DNA of 64,000 nucleotides from a virus (taxonomy: Duplodnaviria; Caudoviricetes): positions 11,819-75,818 of IMG/VR virus record IMGVR_UViG_2690315917_000002; one strand, given 5' to 3'. The first letter of the stretch is position 1. The number at the start of each line of letters is the position of its first letter. Positions 47,686-57,265 of the stretch are shown piece after piece. The position numbers and the translations under genes are program-made. The notes below the pieces were generated by a model. It was not told where the DNA came from. It made no database searches and saw nothing but the letters and a program-made list of their open reading frames with translations.

Positions 47686-47803
47686 AGAAACGACGAACCG
47701 CAGGCGACTGGACCTCCCGAGTCCAGGCCTGCGGCCGTTGAGTGGAACGGATCGGAATCTCGCCCACGGTATCGATTGGACAACAATCCCGGTTCCCGCT
47801 GCA

Positions 47804-47867
47804 ACTGCGGTAAGGTTCCTTACCGCATTCGCGCGAATGCGGTAAGTTTCGCGGCGACTGCGGTAAT
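47804..47867. promoter_or_regulatory. Repeated TGCGGTAA motifs / palindrome at the late promoter region
   Basis: Four copies (one inverted), including a perfect 28-bp palindrome at 47819-47846. Confidence 0.55.
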
Positions 47868-48118
47868 GTAGATTAAGGGCCGGGAAGCCGCATTTCATGA
47901 ACCATGAGGGCTTCCTTACGGCGCTGCCACTTGTAGACGTACAGCCAACGATCTTTGGAAGGAACCAATCTGATTTGGCAAGACAAATACCAAACCTTGC
48001 TAATCCACATAACTATGGAGGCATCTTCGAGCGTCGATCCCCGATCAATCAACGATTTGAAGCGTATCGCGGTGGATGCATTTGAAATCGGACAAGTCCA
48101 GGAAATCATAGGAAAGCA

Positions 48119-49465
48119 ATGAAGATCAGAAAGGTTAAATGGAAGGACCATCCAATTCTCGGGAACTTGTCTCTAGATTTCACGAATGACAGTGACCAGG
48201 CGTACAACACCGTAGTTTTCGCTGGTGAAAATGGCACGGGAAAATCGACGGTCCTCGCGCACTTGAGCTCCTTCTTAAGCAGAGGCCCCTTCGAGTTCTT
48301 CGAATTCATCGAGTACGAAGTTGACGAACTGAGGTATACAGCGAGACCTCCCACTTATAATCATCATCCATTTTTCTTTTCAGTCACAGCCCCTGATTAC
48401 AATGTCATTGATATAAATTGGGACCGCCACAATAGTCCACATAAAATTGATGAGAGTGATTACGATCCCAGAAGATATGGCTGCGTCTATTCGAAAGCAC
48501 GCGCCGATTACAAAACCGGCGGGATAACCAATATCTCAACAAGCTCGATTGACTCCGAGAAGTATGACATTGACGAGAATGATGATTTCACGAGCTTAAA
48601 GCAGCTACTGGTCGATGTAACCAATTCCGACCAGACATCTTATGCCATAATAAATCAAGATCGTGGGCCCAACCCTTTATCTTGGGACGAATTCTACACT
48701 AAATCCAAGCTGTACAGATTTAAAGAATCATTCAACAATTTTTTTGACAATATTAAGTTCTACAATATCGTCGATGAAAACGGTCAAAAGCAAATTATTT
48801 TTGAAAAATCTAGTAAATATATATCGATCGACAAACTAAGCACGGGCGAGAAACAGATTGTGTTCCGTGGCGCCCATCTGCTTCGAAATAGCCGCATATT
48901 ACTCGATGGCGTTATTTTTATTGACGAGCCCGAGTTAAGCATGCACCCAAAATGGCAAGCTAAGATTCTTTCTTACTATAGAGGCCTTTTCACCGGCAAC
49001 GACTCAAGTCAGGCGCAAATGTTCTTCGCCACCCATTCTGATCACGTCGTAAAGGCCGCCATGTCTGACAGCAGCACAGCCGTAGTCATCACTTTATTTA
49101 GGGATGGAGACGAGGTGGCTTACGAAAAGCATAACAGTTCAACGATTCTGCCTTCAATCACCAGTGGCGAGGCAAACTACAAGGCGTTCGATTTACTGAC
49201 CACAGATTTTCACATTGAACTTTACGGACACCTCCAAGAAAAATATTCAAAAATTTCCGTGAAATCTTGTGATGAATTAATCGCCCAGAGCACTCACTAT
49301 GATGTACTTTTGCATCGAAAACCGTCTTCATTTGGATCCACATCCTATGAGACGCTGCCGACGTACATTCGCAATGCGATTCACCACCCTGACAATGGGA
49401 ATGATTACACGGATGTTGAATTTCGCAGATCCATCGAATTACTTTGCAAGTTGTGCTCGCAATAA
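48119..49465 (+). CDS. ABC-type ATPase with C-terminal HEPN-like motif (candidate defence moron)
   Basis: GENGTGKST, LSTGEKQ, IDEPE..HP.WQ, ATHS, RNAIHH; AT-rich and antisense to phage genes. Confidence 0.8.
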   Translation: MKIRKVKWKDHPILGNLSLDFTNDSDQAYNTVVFAGENGTGKSTVLAHLSSFLSRGPFEFFEFIEYEVDELRYTARPPTYNHHPFFFSVTAPDYNVIDINWDRHNSPHKIDESDYDPRRYGCVYSKARADYKTGGITNISTSSIDSEKYDIDENDDFTSLKQLLVDVTNSDQTSYAIINQDRGPNPLSWDEFYTKSKLYRFKESFNNFFDNIKFYNIVDENGQKQIIFEKSSKYISIDKLSTGEKQIVFRGAHLLRNSRILLDGVIFIDEPELSMHPKWQAKILSYYRGLFTGNDSSQAQMFFATHSDHVVKAAMSDSSTAVVITLFRDGDEVAYEKHNSSTILPSITSGEANYKAFDLLTTDFHIELYGHLQEKYSKISVKSCDELIAQSTHYDVLLHRKPSSFGSTSYETLPTYIRNAIHHPDNGNDYTDVEFRRSIELLCKLCSQ

Positions 49466-49496
49466 CAGTTACAGGCATGCGGGCTAGATGTAGTTG

Positions 49497-49523
49497 AACC
49501 GGCCCGTAAATGGGCCGGTTTTT
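49497..49523 (+). terminator. Terminator between converging genes
   Basis: AACCGGCCC-GTAAAT-GGGCCGGTT-TTT. Confidence 0.7.
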
Positions 49524-49545
49524 CCAATTCTTAAACATAAATCAT

Positions 49546-50307
49546 TTAGTTAAACAACCTGCCACAGAATTCTTTTCGACCTTCCTCGAGTGCTTGTCGC
49601 ATTGTGGACACAGCGATCCCGTACACACGCAGGTAGTCCGCCTTCCGCATCTTGGCCGCCTTGGCAGCATCCTGCGCGGCGATCTTCCCTTCCGGCCACA
49701 CCAGCTCGTTTAGCGCGTCCTGTAGCACAAGCCTCATGCGCCAGCGGTCGGCCGGGTCATCCATTCGCAGCGCGGGCTTTACGCCGCTTCGCCGTTGCCA
49801 CTGAATCTGCCGCATCACGCGCCTTGCCAGGGAGCGCCCCAGCGCGGGCAGCGACACCCCCTGCCCGCGCAGCGCCACCGCCAGCACGATCTGTTTGGCC
49901 AAGGAATTGCCCATCATGCCGACGGCACCGGCGATATCGGCGGACGTAAGCGGCGGCATGCTTGACCGGCCGTCCGATGGCTCGCGGAAGCTCCCGCCGA
50001 CCAGCATGCGGGCGATCAGCTCGAGCGGGTCACGCTGCAGGGTGGGTTCTGGCACCGGTATACGGTCGCGCACCACCCTCGTTGCTGGCGGCGCCGGAGG
50101 CGCGTGGTGTTTGTGTCCCCACGCCTTGGCCGCTTGAGCTTCCGCATCTGCGCCGACGCACAGCTCACTCTGGGCGCTGCAGCGCGCGCACACGACCTGC
50201 GCGGTGCGCCGGCTGCTGGCGCTGCCCCGCGCGCGCATGCGCACTTCGTCACTGCCGCAGTTGCCGCACGGCGTCAGGGCCGCTGCGGGCGCGGCTACCG
50301 CCGACAT
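49546..50307 (-). CDS. Putative late regulator (Q position) with N-terminal Lar-like zinc finger
   Basis: PCGNCGS...CARC; last early gene before lysis cassette. Confidence 0.55.
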   Translation of the reverse strand: MSAVAAPAAALTPCGNCGSDEVRMRARGSASSRRTAQVVCARCSAQSELCVGADAEAQAAKAWGHKHHAPPAPPATRVVRDRIPVPEPTLQRDPLELIARMLVGGSFREPSDGRSSMPPLTSADIAGAVGMMGNSLAKQIVLAVALRGQGVSLPALGRSLARRVMRQIQWQRRSGVKPALRMDDPADRWRMRLVLQDALNELVWPEGKIAAQDAAKAAKMRKADYLRVYGIAVSTMRQALEEGRKEFCGRLFN

Positions 50308-50459
50308 CAGGCCACCTCGCAGTTGCTGACCCAGCGGGACCGGCCGTCCTGCCAGACGTCCCACAGGCTGCCGTCGACCTGACACCTGATAGGGCCTTCC
50401 CTCCCCTCCAGGTACAGGTAGTGGGTTGCCTCATCCAGGCTCGGGAATTTCGGAGTCAT
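50307..50459 (-). CDS. Hypothetical protein
   Basis: GGAG RBS, TGATG coupling. Confidence 0.5.
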   Translation of the reverse strand: MTPKFPSLDEATHYLYLEGREGPIRCQVDGSLWDVWQDGRSRWVSNCEVA

Positions 50460-50562
50460 CGGGGAGTCTCCATGGTTGTCACGTTCGTTGTTTCCAGGGC
50501 CACACCCTGCTGTTGAAGGAATTGCTGGGCCAGCACGCGCGCCCGCTTCTCGATGGCGTCCA

Positions 50563-50805
50563 TCACTCCCCCTCCGGCCGCTGCGCGGCCTCAATTGCTT
50601 GGCGCATGTCTCTGCGCACCGCTTGGGCCAGAGAGGCAAGGCGAGCCACGCGGGTGAAGGCCTCGGCCAAAGTCTGTTGGGCCTCGTCCTTCAGGTTCCA
50701 CACGACAAGGCATTCCGGATCATTGCTGCGCACGTCTCGATCCATTGCCGCAACTTCGGCCAGCGCATGCACTGCGCGGTCCGCAAGGCTCGGATGGTCA
50801 GCCAT
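50563..50805 (-). CDS. Hypothetical protein
   Basis: GGAGG RBS, coupled to upstream gene. Confidence 0.55.
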   Translation of the reverse strand: MADHPSLADRAVHALAEVAAMDRDVRSNDPECLVVWNLKDEAQQTLAEAFTRVARLASLAQAVRRDMRQAIEAAQRPEGE

Positions 50806-51595
50806 GGCCTACCTCCGCAGCCAGCTGCAAACCGGTGGCCGCGTCGGCCTGGGCCCAGGTCATCTGGTCACGGTCGATGCTCTCTGCCAGTCGCGACAGG
50901 CCCTTCGCGGTCACCAGCACCTGCTCGTGTACGCGCTCCTGCTCACCGTCGGTACGCTGGATGCATGCCTTGTGCACCAGCACGCCCTGCTGCAGGCGGT
51001 TCTGGTACGCCAGCCAGTTCTTGCTGCCCGCGCGGCGGTAGATCCAGCCGTGCTCGGACAGCCAGGCGAACAGCTGGCGCGGCTGGACCTGCAGCATCTT
51101 GGCGGCGGTGCTGATGTTGAAGGCACCGTCAGCCTGGGTCAGCCGCAGCAGCGCGCGGACCTGCGGCTCCTGGTACTGCACGCGCGCCTCAAGGATCTCG
51201 GCCTTCTCGCTGTAAGACAGCAGCAGCGCGCGCAGCGTCGCTGGATCGGTCAGCGCCTGCATCGGGTCAGGTGCAGGCACCCCTGCCGCCAACGCGTCAT
51301 AGGCGCGGATCACCTGCAGGCTGAAGCTGGCGCTGATCCACATGGCATAGGCATAGACCAGCTCGCGCACCACGTAGCTGCCGCCGTAGCGGCCGGCCAC
51401 CGAGTGCACCGGGTAAATCCGGGAATCACCGGAGTTGACCAGCTCGGCCACCAGTTCCTCGGTCTGCTTCAGTCGCTGCCAGTCGCTGGGCTGGTGCCGC
51501 TTGGCGCCGCCGGCAGCCTGGTGCAGGTCGTTCAGGCAGAACCTGCCCACGTCGTCGCGGCGCACAGTGACCCCGCCAATCATCATTGCGCTCAA
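50798..51595 (-). CDS. KilA-N/KilAC antirepressor
   Basis: LNDLHQAAG...ELVYAYAMWIS..F.L.VI; AAK.L....LF.WL...VTAKG. Confidence 0.9.
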   Translation of the reverse strand: MSAMMIGGVTVRRDDVGRFCLNDLHQAAGGAKRHQPSDWQRLKQTEELVAELVNSGDSRIYPVHSVAGRYGGSYVVRELVYAYAMWISASFSLQVIRAYDALAAGVPAPDPMQALTDPATLRALLLSYSEKAEILEARVQYQEPQVRALLRLTQADGAFNISTAAKMLQVQPRQLFAWLSEHGWIYRRAGSKNWLAYQNRLQQGVLVHKACIQRTDGEQERVHEQVLVTAKGLSRLAESIDRDQMTWAQADAATGLQLAAEVGHG

Positions 51596-52104
51596 GAGAA
51601 CACCTCCGTTTTCCAGCCGCCGCCTGGGGCGCGCTGGACTGCCAGGAATCGAAACGGGTACATCTCGGCGGCCACCTTCACCTTCACGCGGGCGTCTTCC
51701 TCCCAGAAGCCCTTCACCTCGTGGGCCTCCAGGTCACCAGCGGCCGTCATCACAAAGAAGTCGATGGTGAGGTGGGTCTTTTCGGTCAACTTCAGCTTCA
51801 CGGACTCGAACCGGAACCATGCGATCTCGCCGGCGGCCAGCTGCAGCGCCAGATGCGCGGCATAGGCTTCTTCGGTCTTGTTCATCTCCCCGGGCACGTG
51901 CCGCGGCCTACCGCGTGCCACCTTGCCGGCGGCGTTTCCGCTGCCAGAGGGCTGAACAGCAGACGGTGGGCGGTAGGCGCGCGGCGCGGCCGGTGCAGGC
52001 CCGGCTGCCGGCGCACTGGCCTGCACGAGGCGGCGCATGCCTTCCGGCATGTCCTGCACGGTTGCGTACCGCAGGGAACGGCTGGATGTCTTCTTCGGCG
52101 GCAT
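51592..52104 (-). CDS. PD-(D/E)XK nuclease (DUF1064-like, possible resolvase)
   Basis: MNKTE, TIDF, HEVKG. Confidence 0.7.
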   Translation of the reverse strand: MPPKKTSSRSLRYATVQDMPEGMRRLVQASAPAAGPAPAAPRAYRPPSAVQPSGSGNAAGKVARGRPRHVPGEMNKTEEAYAAHLALQLAAGEIAWFRFESVKLKLTEKTHLTIDFFVMTAAGDLEAHEVKGFWEEDARVKVKVAAEMYPFRFLAVQRAPGGGWKTEVFS

Positions 52105-52634
52105 CAGGCAGATGCCTCCATAGCGCTCCACACGCGCATTGCTCGCTGCCGGAATGCGTCGAACTCCTGCCGGGCGCGTTGCTGCGCGGCCTGGTGCTCG
52201 CGGTCCATCTGCTCGAGCATGCAGTCGAATTCGACGTTAAGCAGTGCCATCAGCTGTTCCATGGACAACCCGCCGCGCGTGCGCTGCCCCGATGGTGGCG
52301 CGAGCATTGGCATGGCCAGCTGCTGCTGACCCGAGGGCGGCGCCGGCGCACGCTCTACGCGGCCGGCCTCAGTCGCCGCCCACGTCGCCACCGGCCGCCC
52401 ATCGCGGCCACTGTCGCGGTTCTCGCACCTGCGCACCAGGCCATCACCGTCCAGCTCTCGCAAAAGGCCAGCCACGGCGGCCGTGCTCAGCAGCATCACC
52501 TCGCGCGGCGCGCCTGACTCGAGCGCGGCGTTGCCCATCAGCTCCAGGGCCTCCGCTGCAGTGCTCTCGCCGTGGATGCCCAAGCAGAACAGCAGCAGCT
52601 GCCGCTGGTAGGCGCGGATTTCAGCCGGCTCCAT
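52104..52634 (-). CDS. Hypothetical protein (wHTH-like)
   Basis: Coupled ORF in replication operon. Confidence 0.55.
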   Translation of the reverse strand: MEPAEIRAYQRQLLLFCLGIHGESTAAEALELMGNAALESGAPREVMLLSTAAVAGLLRELDGDGLVRRCENRDSGRDGRPVATWAATEAGRVERAPAPPSGQQQLAMPMLAPPSGQRTRGGLSMEQLMALLNVEFDCMLEQMDREHQAAQQRARQEFDAFRQRAMRVWSAMEASA

Positions 52635-53334
52635 GCGTGCCTCCGAAACCCAGATCCGCCGCGGCCTGCGCCATGGCGCTGCGCGCGGCATCGCGGTTGC
52701 GCACCACGTGCAGCTCTGGCTTGGGTGCAGGCAATGCAGCCATCGCCTCGGGCACGGTGCCGCCGTCCATGACGTGCTTCACCGCCCTGTCGTAGGCGTT
52801 GGCCAACATGCGCTGCTGCTGCGCGCCGCTCTCGGCCGTGGCGTAGGCGTGCAGGTCCAGATTCAACCGCACCAGCACGGTGAACCCGCTATGTGCTTGG
52901 CCGGGTCGCATCTGACCATCAACCTCTGCCAGCGACGGCACGCCCAGGCACATGGCCCGGAACTGCCCGGGGTTCGGCGGCCACTGCAGCGCACTGCGCA
53001 GGCAGTTGCCCATACCGTCGGCTACCTGTCGCGGTGTGATGCCAACCAGCACCTGGAACCACAATTCACCGGCGGTGGTCAGGCTGCCCGCGTTGTTCAC
53101 TGGGGCTGAGCCGTTCTCACGCACCCACTTCCCGGGAAACATGCCGGCCATCCGTTCCCACACTGTCCACAGCATGCTCACCGCGCGCTGGTCGGGCTCA
53201 GTGGTGGACGGGTTCGAACTCGACGTCGATGACATCGCCGCCCGTTCCGCCAAAGCCGCCAGCTCCCGCGCGCTGCTCGAATTGTCGCCGCTGCTCTGTG
53301 ACCTGATCGGCAGAACCTGGCTGATGGCTTGCAT
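52621..53334 (-). CDS. Replication protein P-like
   Basis: W...L.G.T..Q...G...C.....WPPNPGQF..MC. Confidence 0.7.
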   Translation of the reverse strand: MQAISQVLPIRSQSSGDNSSSARELAALAERAAMSSTSSSNPSTTEPDQRAVSMLWTVWERMAGMFPGKWVRENGSAPVNNAGSLTTAGELWFQVLVGITPRQVADGMGNCLRSALQWPPNPGQFRAMCLGVPSLAEVDGQMRPGQAHSGFTVLVRLNLDLHAYATAESGAQQQRMLANAYDRAVKHVMDGGTVPEAMAALPAPKPELHVVRNRDAARSAMAQAAADLGFGGTHGAG

Positions 53335-54199
53335 TGGTGCCTCCGGTGGTATTGGGGATTGCGGGCATTGCGCCTGCCGCATGGCGGTTGCGGGCGGTCT
53401 TGATTGCCCAAGGGAACGGGTTCGTGACCGGTGGCGATCGCGCCAGCCCTTCAGCGACCGTGTGCCCCAGCGTCTCCGGCGTCACGCCCTCCTTCAGGGC
53501 GGCCAGCAGGTCGGGGTGGCTCGGGTTCGTGGAATGGCAACCGGCCTTGCGCATCAGCAAGCACGCACGCCCCGCGTCGGTCACGCCTCCCAGAGATCCT
53601 TGAGTGAGATGTGATGTATCTGGAGTAGTAATGGGGTCTGGGGTCTGGGTACCCGTGTTCACACCTGTGTTCACACCACCTGTCACACGTGACTCTGCGT
53701 GACATGTCACGCGTGACAACTGGTCGAGTGTCACGCGCTCGTCGCCCGTGACATGTGTGACATGGAGCGCCTTCAGCTGTGCCATCGTGACCATGCCGTC
53801 CGGCACGACGCCGACAGCGCGCAGGTCTTCGAACAGCATGGTTCTGCGTGCTCGGGTCCGTGCCTGACGCTCGGTTTCGTTGCTCTTTCGGGCATCACGG
53901 CGACCTTGGCCCTCCGCAATCCGGCCTTGGGCCTTGGCGATTTGTTCATCACAGCGCTTGCTGTGCCGCAATCCGTCTTCTGCCACGGGGAAGTAGCGGT
54001 CGGCGACCTTCTTGACCGCGGCCTTGTCCGCCGCAGTGATTGCGCCGGCGATGATGTACAGCTCGGCCAGGCTCTCTGGCAGCGCCTGCTCTTCCGAGTA
54101 GTACGCCAGCATCAGCTTGAAATAGACGCCGTGGTCGGTCAGGGACAGTCGGGTCGTGTCCTTGAGGTAGTCGCCCGGATACATCTCGAAGTAGATCAT
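53198..54199 (-). CDS. Replication initiator (YdaU/DUF1376)
   Basis: YFEMYPGDYLKDTTRLS..DHGVY..L...YY. Confidence 0.88.
   Translation of the reverse strand: MIYFEMYPGDYLKDTTRLSLTDHGVYFKLMLAYYSEEQALPESLAELYIIAGAITAADKAAVKKVADRYFPVAEDGLRHSKRCDEQIAKAQGRIAEGQGRRDARKSNETERQARTRARRTMLFEDLRAVGVVPDGMVTMAQLKALHVTHVTGDERVTLDQLSRVTCHAESRVTGGVNTGVNTGTQTPDPITTPDTSHLTQGSLGGVTDAGRACLLMRKAGCHSTNPSHPDLLAALKEGVTPETLGHTVAEGLARSPPVTNPFPWAIKTARNRHAAGAMPAIPNTTGGTNASHQPGSADQVTEQRRQFEQRAGAGGFGGTGGDVIDVEFEPVHH
53651..53765. repeat. Iteron cluster (prophage ori) inside the initiator gene
   Basis: Dense GTCAC/GTGAC/GTTCAC repeats and palindromes. Confidence 0.7.
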
Positions 54200-54585
54200 C
54201 AGGGTTCCCCGGCACCGTGCTTGCCGCGTGCCGCAGCACCGGAGCTGCCAATCCTGGTCAGCTCATGCTCGTTGGGCGGCAACGTCTCCAGCCGGTATGT
54301 CTCACCCAGGCTGTTGCGCCAGCGGTACGCTGTGGCGCGGCTCACGCCGAAGTGCCGGACAATGGCCTCGACGGTTGGGAAATCGCTGAGCTCGACTGCC
54401 CAGCGCATGAATTCCATGACGATCCTGGTGGTGTTGTAGCCGGCAAGGGCGTGCTGGGGCGCGCTGCGCCGCTGCTTCTTTTCAGACATCGCGGCGGCTA
54501 CCGGAGCTACGGTCGGCTCTCGCTGAACCGGAGCGGTGCGGAGCGCAGGGCCACAGCGCAGACCGAGGGTCGGACTGATGTTCAT
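54199..54585 (-). CDS. HTH protein
   Basis: I.RHFGVSRATAYRW. Confidence 0.7.
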   Translation of the reverse strand: MNISPTLGLRCGPALRTAPVQREPTVAPVAAAMSEKKQRRSAPQHALAGYNTTRIVMEFMRWAVELSDFPTVEAIVRHFGVSRATAYRWRNSLGETYRLETLPPNEHELTRIGSSGAAARGKHGAGEP

Positions 54586-54908
54586 CCTGTCGCCCCCGCA
54601 TGACCCGATACGGGAACCTCACGCCCCATCGCGGTGCTCAGCTGCCGCAGGCCGGGAAGCCGCCGCCTGGCGGCCGCCGGATCGTTGAGGTCCTGCAGCG
54701 CGAGCTGCCAGCGATAAGCCGTCGCGCGCGAAAGGCCGAATCGCTTCTGAAGTGCATCAACACGCACCGGCTGCGGCTGCTCTTTTGCCCAGAGGACTAC
54801 ATCCACCATGGGCAGAAGCGGCACCACACTCTCGGGGATTCGACGGCCGGCACTGTCGAATTCGCTGACCACGGCGATTGCCCAGCTGACCATTGCACCG
54901 CCGCTCAT
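54582..54908 (-). CDS. HTH protein
   Basis: LQKRFGLSRATAYRW. Confidence 0.7.
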   Translation of the reverse strand: MSGGAMVSWAIAVVSEFDSAGRRIPESVVPLLPMVDVVLWAKEQPQPVRVDALQKRFGLSRATAYRWQLALQDLNDPAAARRRLPGLRQLSTAMGREVPVSGHAGATG

Positions 54909-55507
54909 CGCTGCGCACCCTGCACCGCTCGCGGCGCCAGATCCTGCAGGTGACCCGACACGTAGCGCTTGGCCGTCACCAGTTCCGCCTCGAGCTGACC
55001 GATCTCGTCTAGCGCGCGGCGCAGCTCAGGTATGTCCTTCGGGCAGATGCGGCCGTCGGCCAGGACGTTGGTGATCGCTTCGAGCGTGTGACCGAACTCC
55101 ACCGACAGGCGGGCCACAGCCAGCACGCCGGCATGCGGCTCCATCATCGGAATACGGGCACCGAGAAAGCCATAGCGCTGGGCCAGCTCGCGCGAGCAGG
55201 CGTCGCGCCAGTGCGGCGGCAGCGCACGAACCCACGACTCTTCCAGGTCAACAGGCATCTTGACTGTGCCATTGCGGATGCGGGCAATGAGCTGGCCGTT
55301 GGACTTCAGCGCTTTTTCGGTGCTGTCGGCGTCTACACCGACATGGAAGTGCAGGATGCGCTCGGCTGGCGCTACGTCCGCCATGTACTGCTCGGCGATC
55401 GCCTGGGCGAGGCTACTGTCGGTGTGGCCGCTGTTGCGGATGGCGTCGGTCGTGTGGCGGAACACCACCGCAGAGCGCGGCTCGTGGTACTGAGGATCAG
55501 GCTTCAT
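54905..55507 (-). CDS. CII-like regulator
   Basis: Directly downstream of cro; LADGRI...D motif. Confidence 0.6.
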   Translation of the reverse strand: MKPDPQYHEPRSAVVFRHTTDAIRNSGHTDSSLAQAIAEQYMADVAPAERILHFHVGVDADSTEKALKSNGQLIARIRNGTVKMPVDLEESWVRALPPHWRDACSRELAQRYGFLGARIPMMEPHAGVLAVARLSVEFGHTLEAITNVLADGRICPKDIPELRRALDEIGQLEAELVTAKRYVSGHLQDLAPRAVQGAQR

Positions 55508-55615
55508 TTACGCACCTCGGGAGGCGATGCAAAGTGGTCGCCATGGACAGGACGACCGAAATTCATGGATTTGGTGGCTTGCGGATCGCAGCTCAGCGCT
55601 CAGGTGAGAACGCGA

Positions 55616-55888
55616 TTACGCCGCGTCGACCGGCACGATCCGGTCAGCGTCTGGGTCGGTCTCCGAGCAGGGGAGTTCGCCGAAGATGTCAGGCCGCAAT
55701 TCATGCCTCGAGACTTGGGTCATCGCCTCGATCGACAGGATGTGGTGCGCGGCAACCGGCCGACGGCCTGTGCGCCATTGCGAAACCAACGCGGGGTGAA
55801 CCTTGAGCAGGCGCGCTAGTGCGCCCTGCCCTCCTACCGCGTCGATGGCCTTTTGGATCGGTACCACGGGGTGGTTGGGCTCGTTCAT
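55616..55888 (-). CDS. cro: Cro-like repressor (YdaS family)
   Basis: AI..VGGQ.ALARLL.V....VSQW...ELRPDIF. Confidence 0.9.
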   Translation of the reverse strand: MNEPNHPVVPIQKAIDAVGGQGALARLLKVHPALVSQWRTGRRPVAAHHILSIEAMTQVSRHELRPDIFGELPCSETDPDADRIVPVDAA

Positions 55889-55897
55889 GCGCCAAAC

Positions 55898-55970
55898 ATA
55901 GCAGTGCTATTTACCCATGTAAATAGCATCGCTGTTCGTTTTCCTGAACACCTTCAAATAGCATCGCTAT
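55898..55970. promoter_or_regulatory. OR-like operators (3) with divergent promoters
   Basis: 13-bp ATAGCAnyGCTrT at 55898, 55923, 55958; minus-strand TTTACA-17-TATGTT. Confidence 0.8.
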
Positions 55971-56504
55971 ATGCCTAGGCCAGCCAACCCCAAGACCGCT
56001 GAAGGCCGCGCTATCGCGGAGGCCATCACCCGCGCCGGCCTGACCCAGGCGCTGGTTGCCGAGCGACTGGAGGTCACCCCCAGCTTCATTTCTCAGTTTT
56101 CGACTGGCTTGCGACCAGTGCCCTGGGACAAGGCAGAGGCTTTGGCCGATGTTCTCGGGCTACAGCCCCAGGAAGTAAGCGCTGAGTACGCTCGCCTCAT
56201 GGACAGTTTCGGCACGTCTCAGGTTGCGAGACTTAACGCCGATATCGTCGTGGCCGCCATCGCTGTGGTGCGCAAGGCTCTAGATCTGGCCACAGGCGAG
56301 ACATTCGATGTCGAGCAATCGCCCGATCTGTTTGCCCAGGCGCTGCGCGTTGCACTTGCTGCGGATTTGAGGAAACAGGGGAAGCGTACAGATGGATCTC
56401 GATCAGGAGATGGACAAGCTGGCTCAGCTGATCGCGCTGCGCGCGCAGCGGAAGATGGGCGACAAGCCCAAGCTCACGGTGGTCGGAAGCGTAAAGCCGG
56501 CTGA
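55971..56504 (+). CDS. cI: CI-like XRE repressor without S24 peptidase domain
   Basis: GLTQ..VAERL.VT.S.ISQ HTH, divergent from cro. Confidence 0.8.
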   Translation: MPRPANPKTAEGRAIAEAITRAGLTQALVAERLEVTPSFISQFSTGLRPVPWDKAEALADVLGLQPQEVSAEYARLMDSFGTSQVARLNADIVVAAIAVVRKALDLATGETFDVEQSPDLFAQALRVALAADLRKQGKRTDGSRSGDGQAGSADRAARAAEDGRQAQAHGGRKRKAG

Positions 56505-56796
56505 GCTGCCGGCTACAGCACCTGATGGAGTCAGCAGGAAGATCACGCACTCGGCGGTCCGCATGGACGTCGTACTTCGTGAGTCCCACTGCCGGATGAT
56601 CCGGCACTTTCAGAGACGTTGGGGCTCTCCCATGCAGCTCCTGATCGACCAGGCTTGTTTCGGTTACATGGGCATCGAACAGCTTCCGGATGATGACTTG
56701 ATCCAGCTGCATAAGGACTTGGAGCGCGCCGAAGATTGCCTGCGGGACGGCGTCAGCTTTGAAGATGCCGGCTTACTCCGCAGCCGCTATGGTTAA
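56392..56796 (+). CDS. Hypothetical protein
   Basis: Overlaps the 3' end of cI; lysogeny operon. Confidence 0.6.
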   Translation: MDLDQEMDKLAQLIALRAQRKMGDKPKLTVVGSVKPAELPATAPDGVSRKITHSAVRMDVVLRESHCRMIRHFQRRWGSPMQLLIDQACFGYMGIEQLPDDDLIQLHKDLERAEDCLRDGVSFEDAGLLRSRYG

Positions 56797-56808
56797 GAGG
56801 CATGACCA

Positions 56809-57219
56809 ATGAGGAAGTATTTTTCTGCCGCTGGGATCGTGGTGCTCGCCCTTTGTGGGTGCGTCAACGCAAGCAACCCTAGCAACGATCCTGCGCGCGC
56901 CGCAGCTGCCCGTGCTTCTGCATCGGCAGCCGAGGCTGCGACAAAAGCTCAAGAGGCCATCGACACGCTCAAGGGATCAACGGCCGAACTGTGCGAAGGC
57001 GAATCTACTGCTGCCGAGCGCATCATGAAGGCAAGGCAGATGGGCACACCGATGGCTACCGTCATGGCTACTGCAACGAAGTATGGTGAGCCGTACGTGG
57101 GCTTCGTCCACAAGGCCTATGACCTTCCTCGCTTGACCAGTGAGGCCGCCAAAGACTTGGTCACGGGGGAGTTTAGAGACGCTGCATACAGCGACTGCCT
57201 CAAGCGTTGGGAATTCTGA
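56809..57219 (+). CDS. Lipoprotein (possible exclusion moron)
   Basis: Signal peptide with lipobox LCGC. Confidence 0.65.
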   Translation: MRKYFSAAGIVVLALCGCVNASNPSNDPARAAAARASASAAEAATKAQEAIDTLKGSTAELCEGESTAAERIMKARQMGTPMATVMATATKYGEPYVGFVHKAYDLPRLTSEAAKDLVTGEFRDAAYSDCLKRWEF

Positions 57220-57265
57220 TTTCTTAACGGATTCAGAAATTCATTGAGACAAACACGACTCGTAA

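Noticed and set aside
47347-47898. ORFs over the tRNA/late promoter region
   Set aside because: Overlap the tRNA and regulatory repeats; no protein-like features
53651-53765. CRISPR-like repeat array
   Set aside because: Short irregular repeats within the initiator gene; no spacer periodicity and no cas genes in the window
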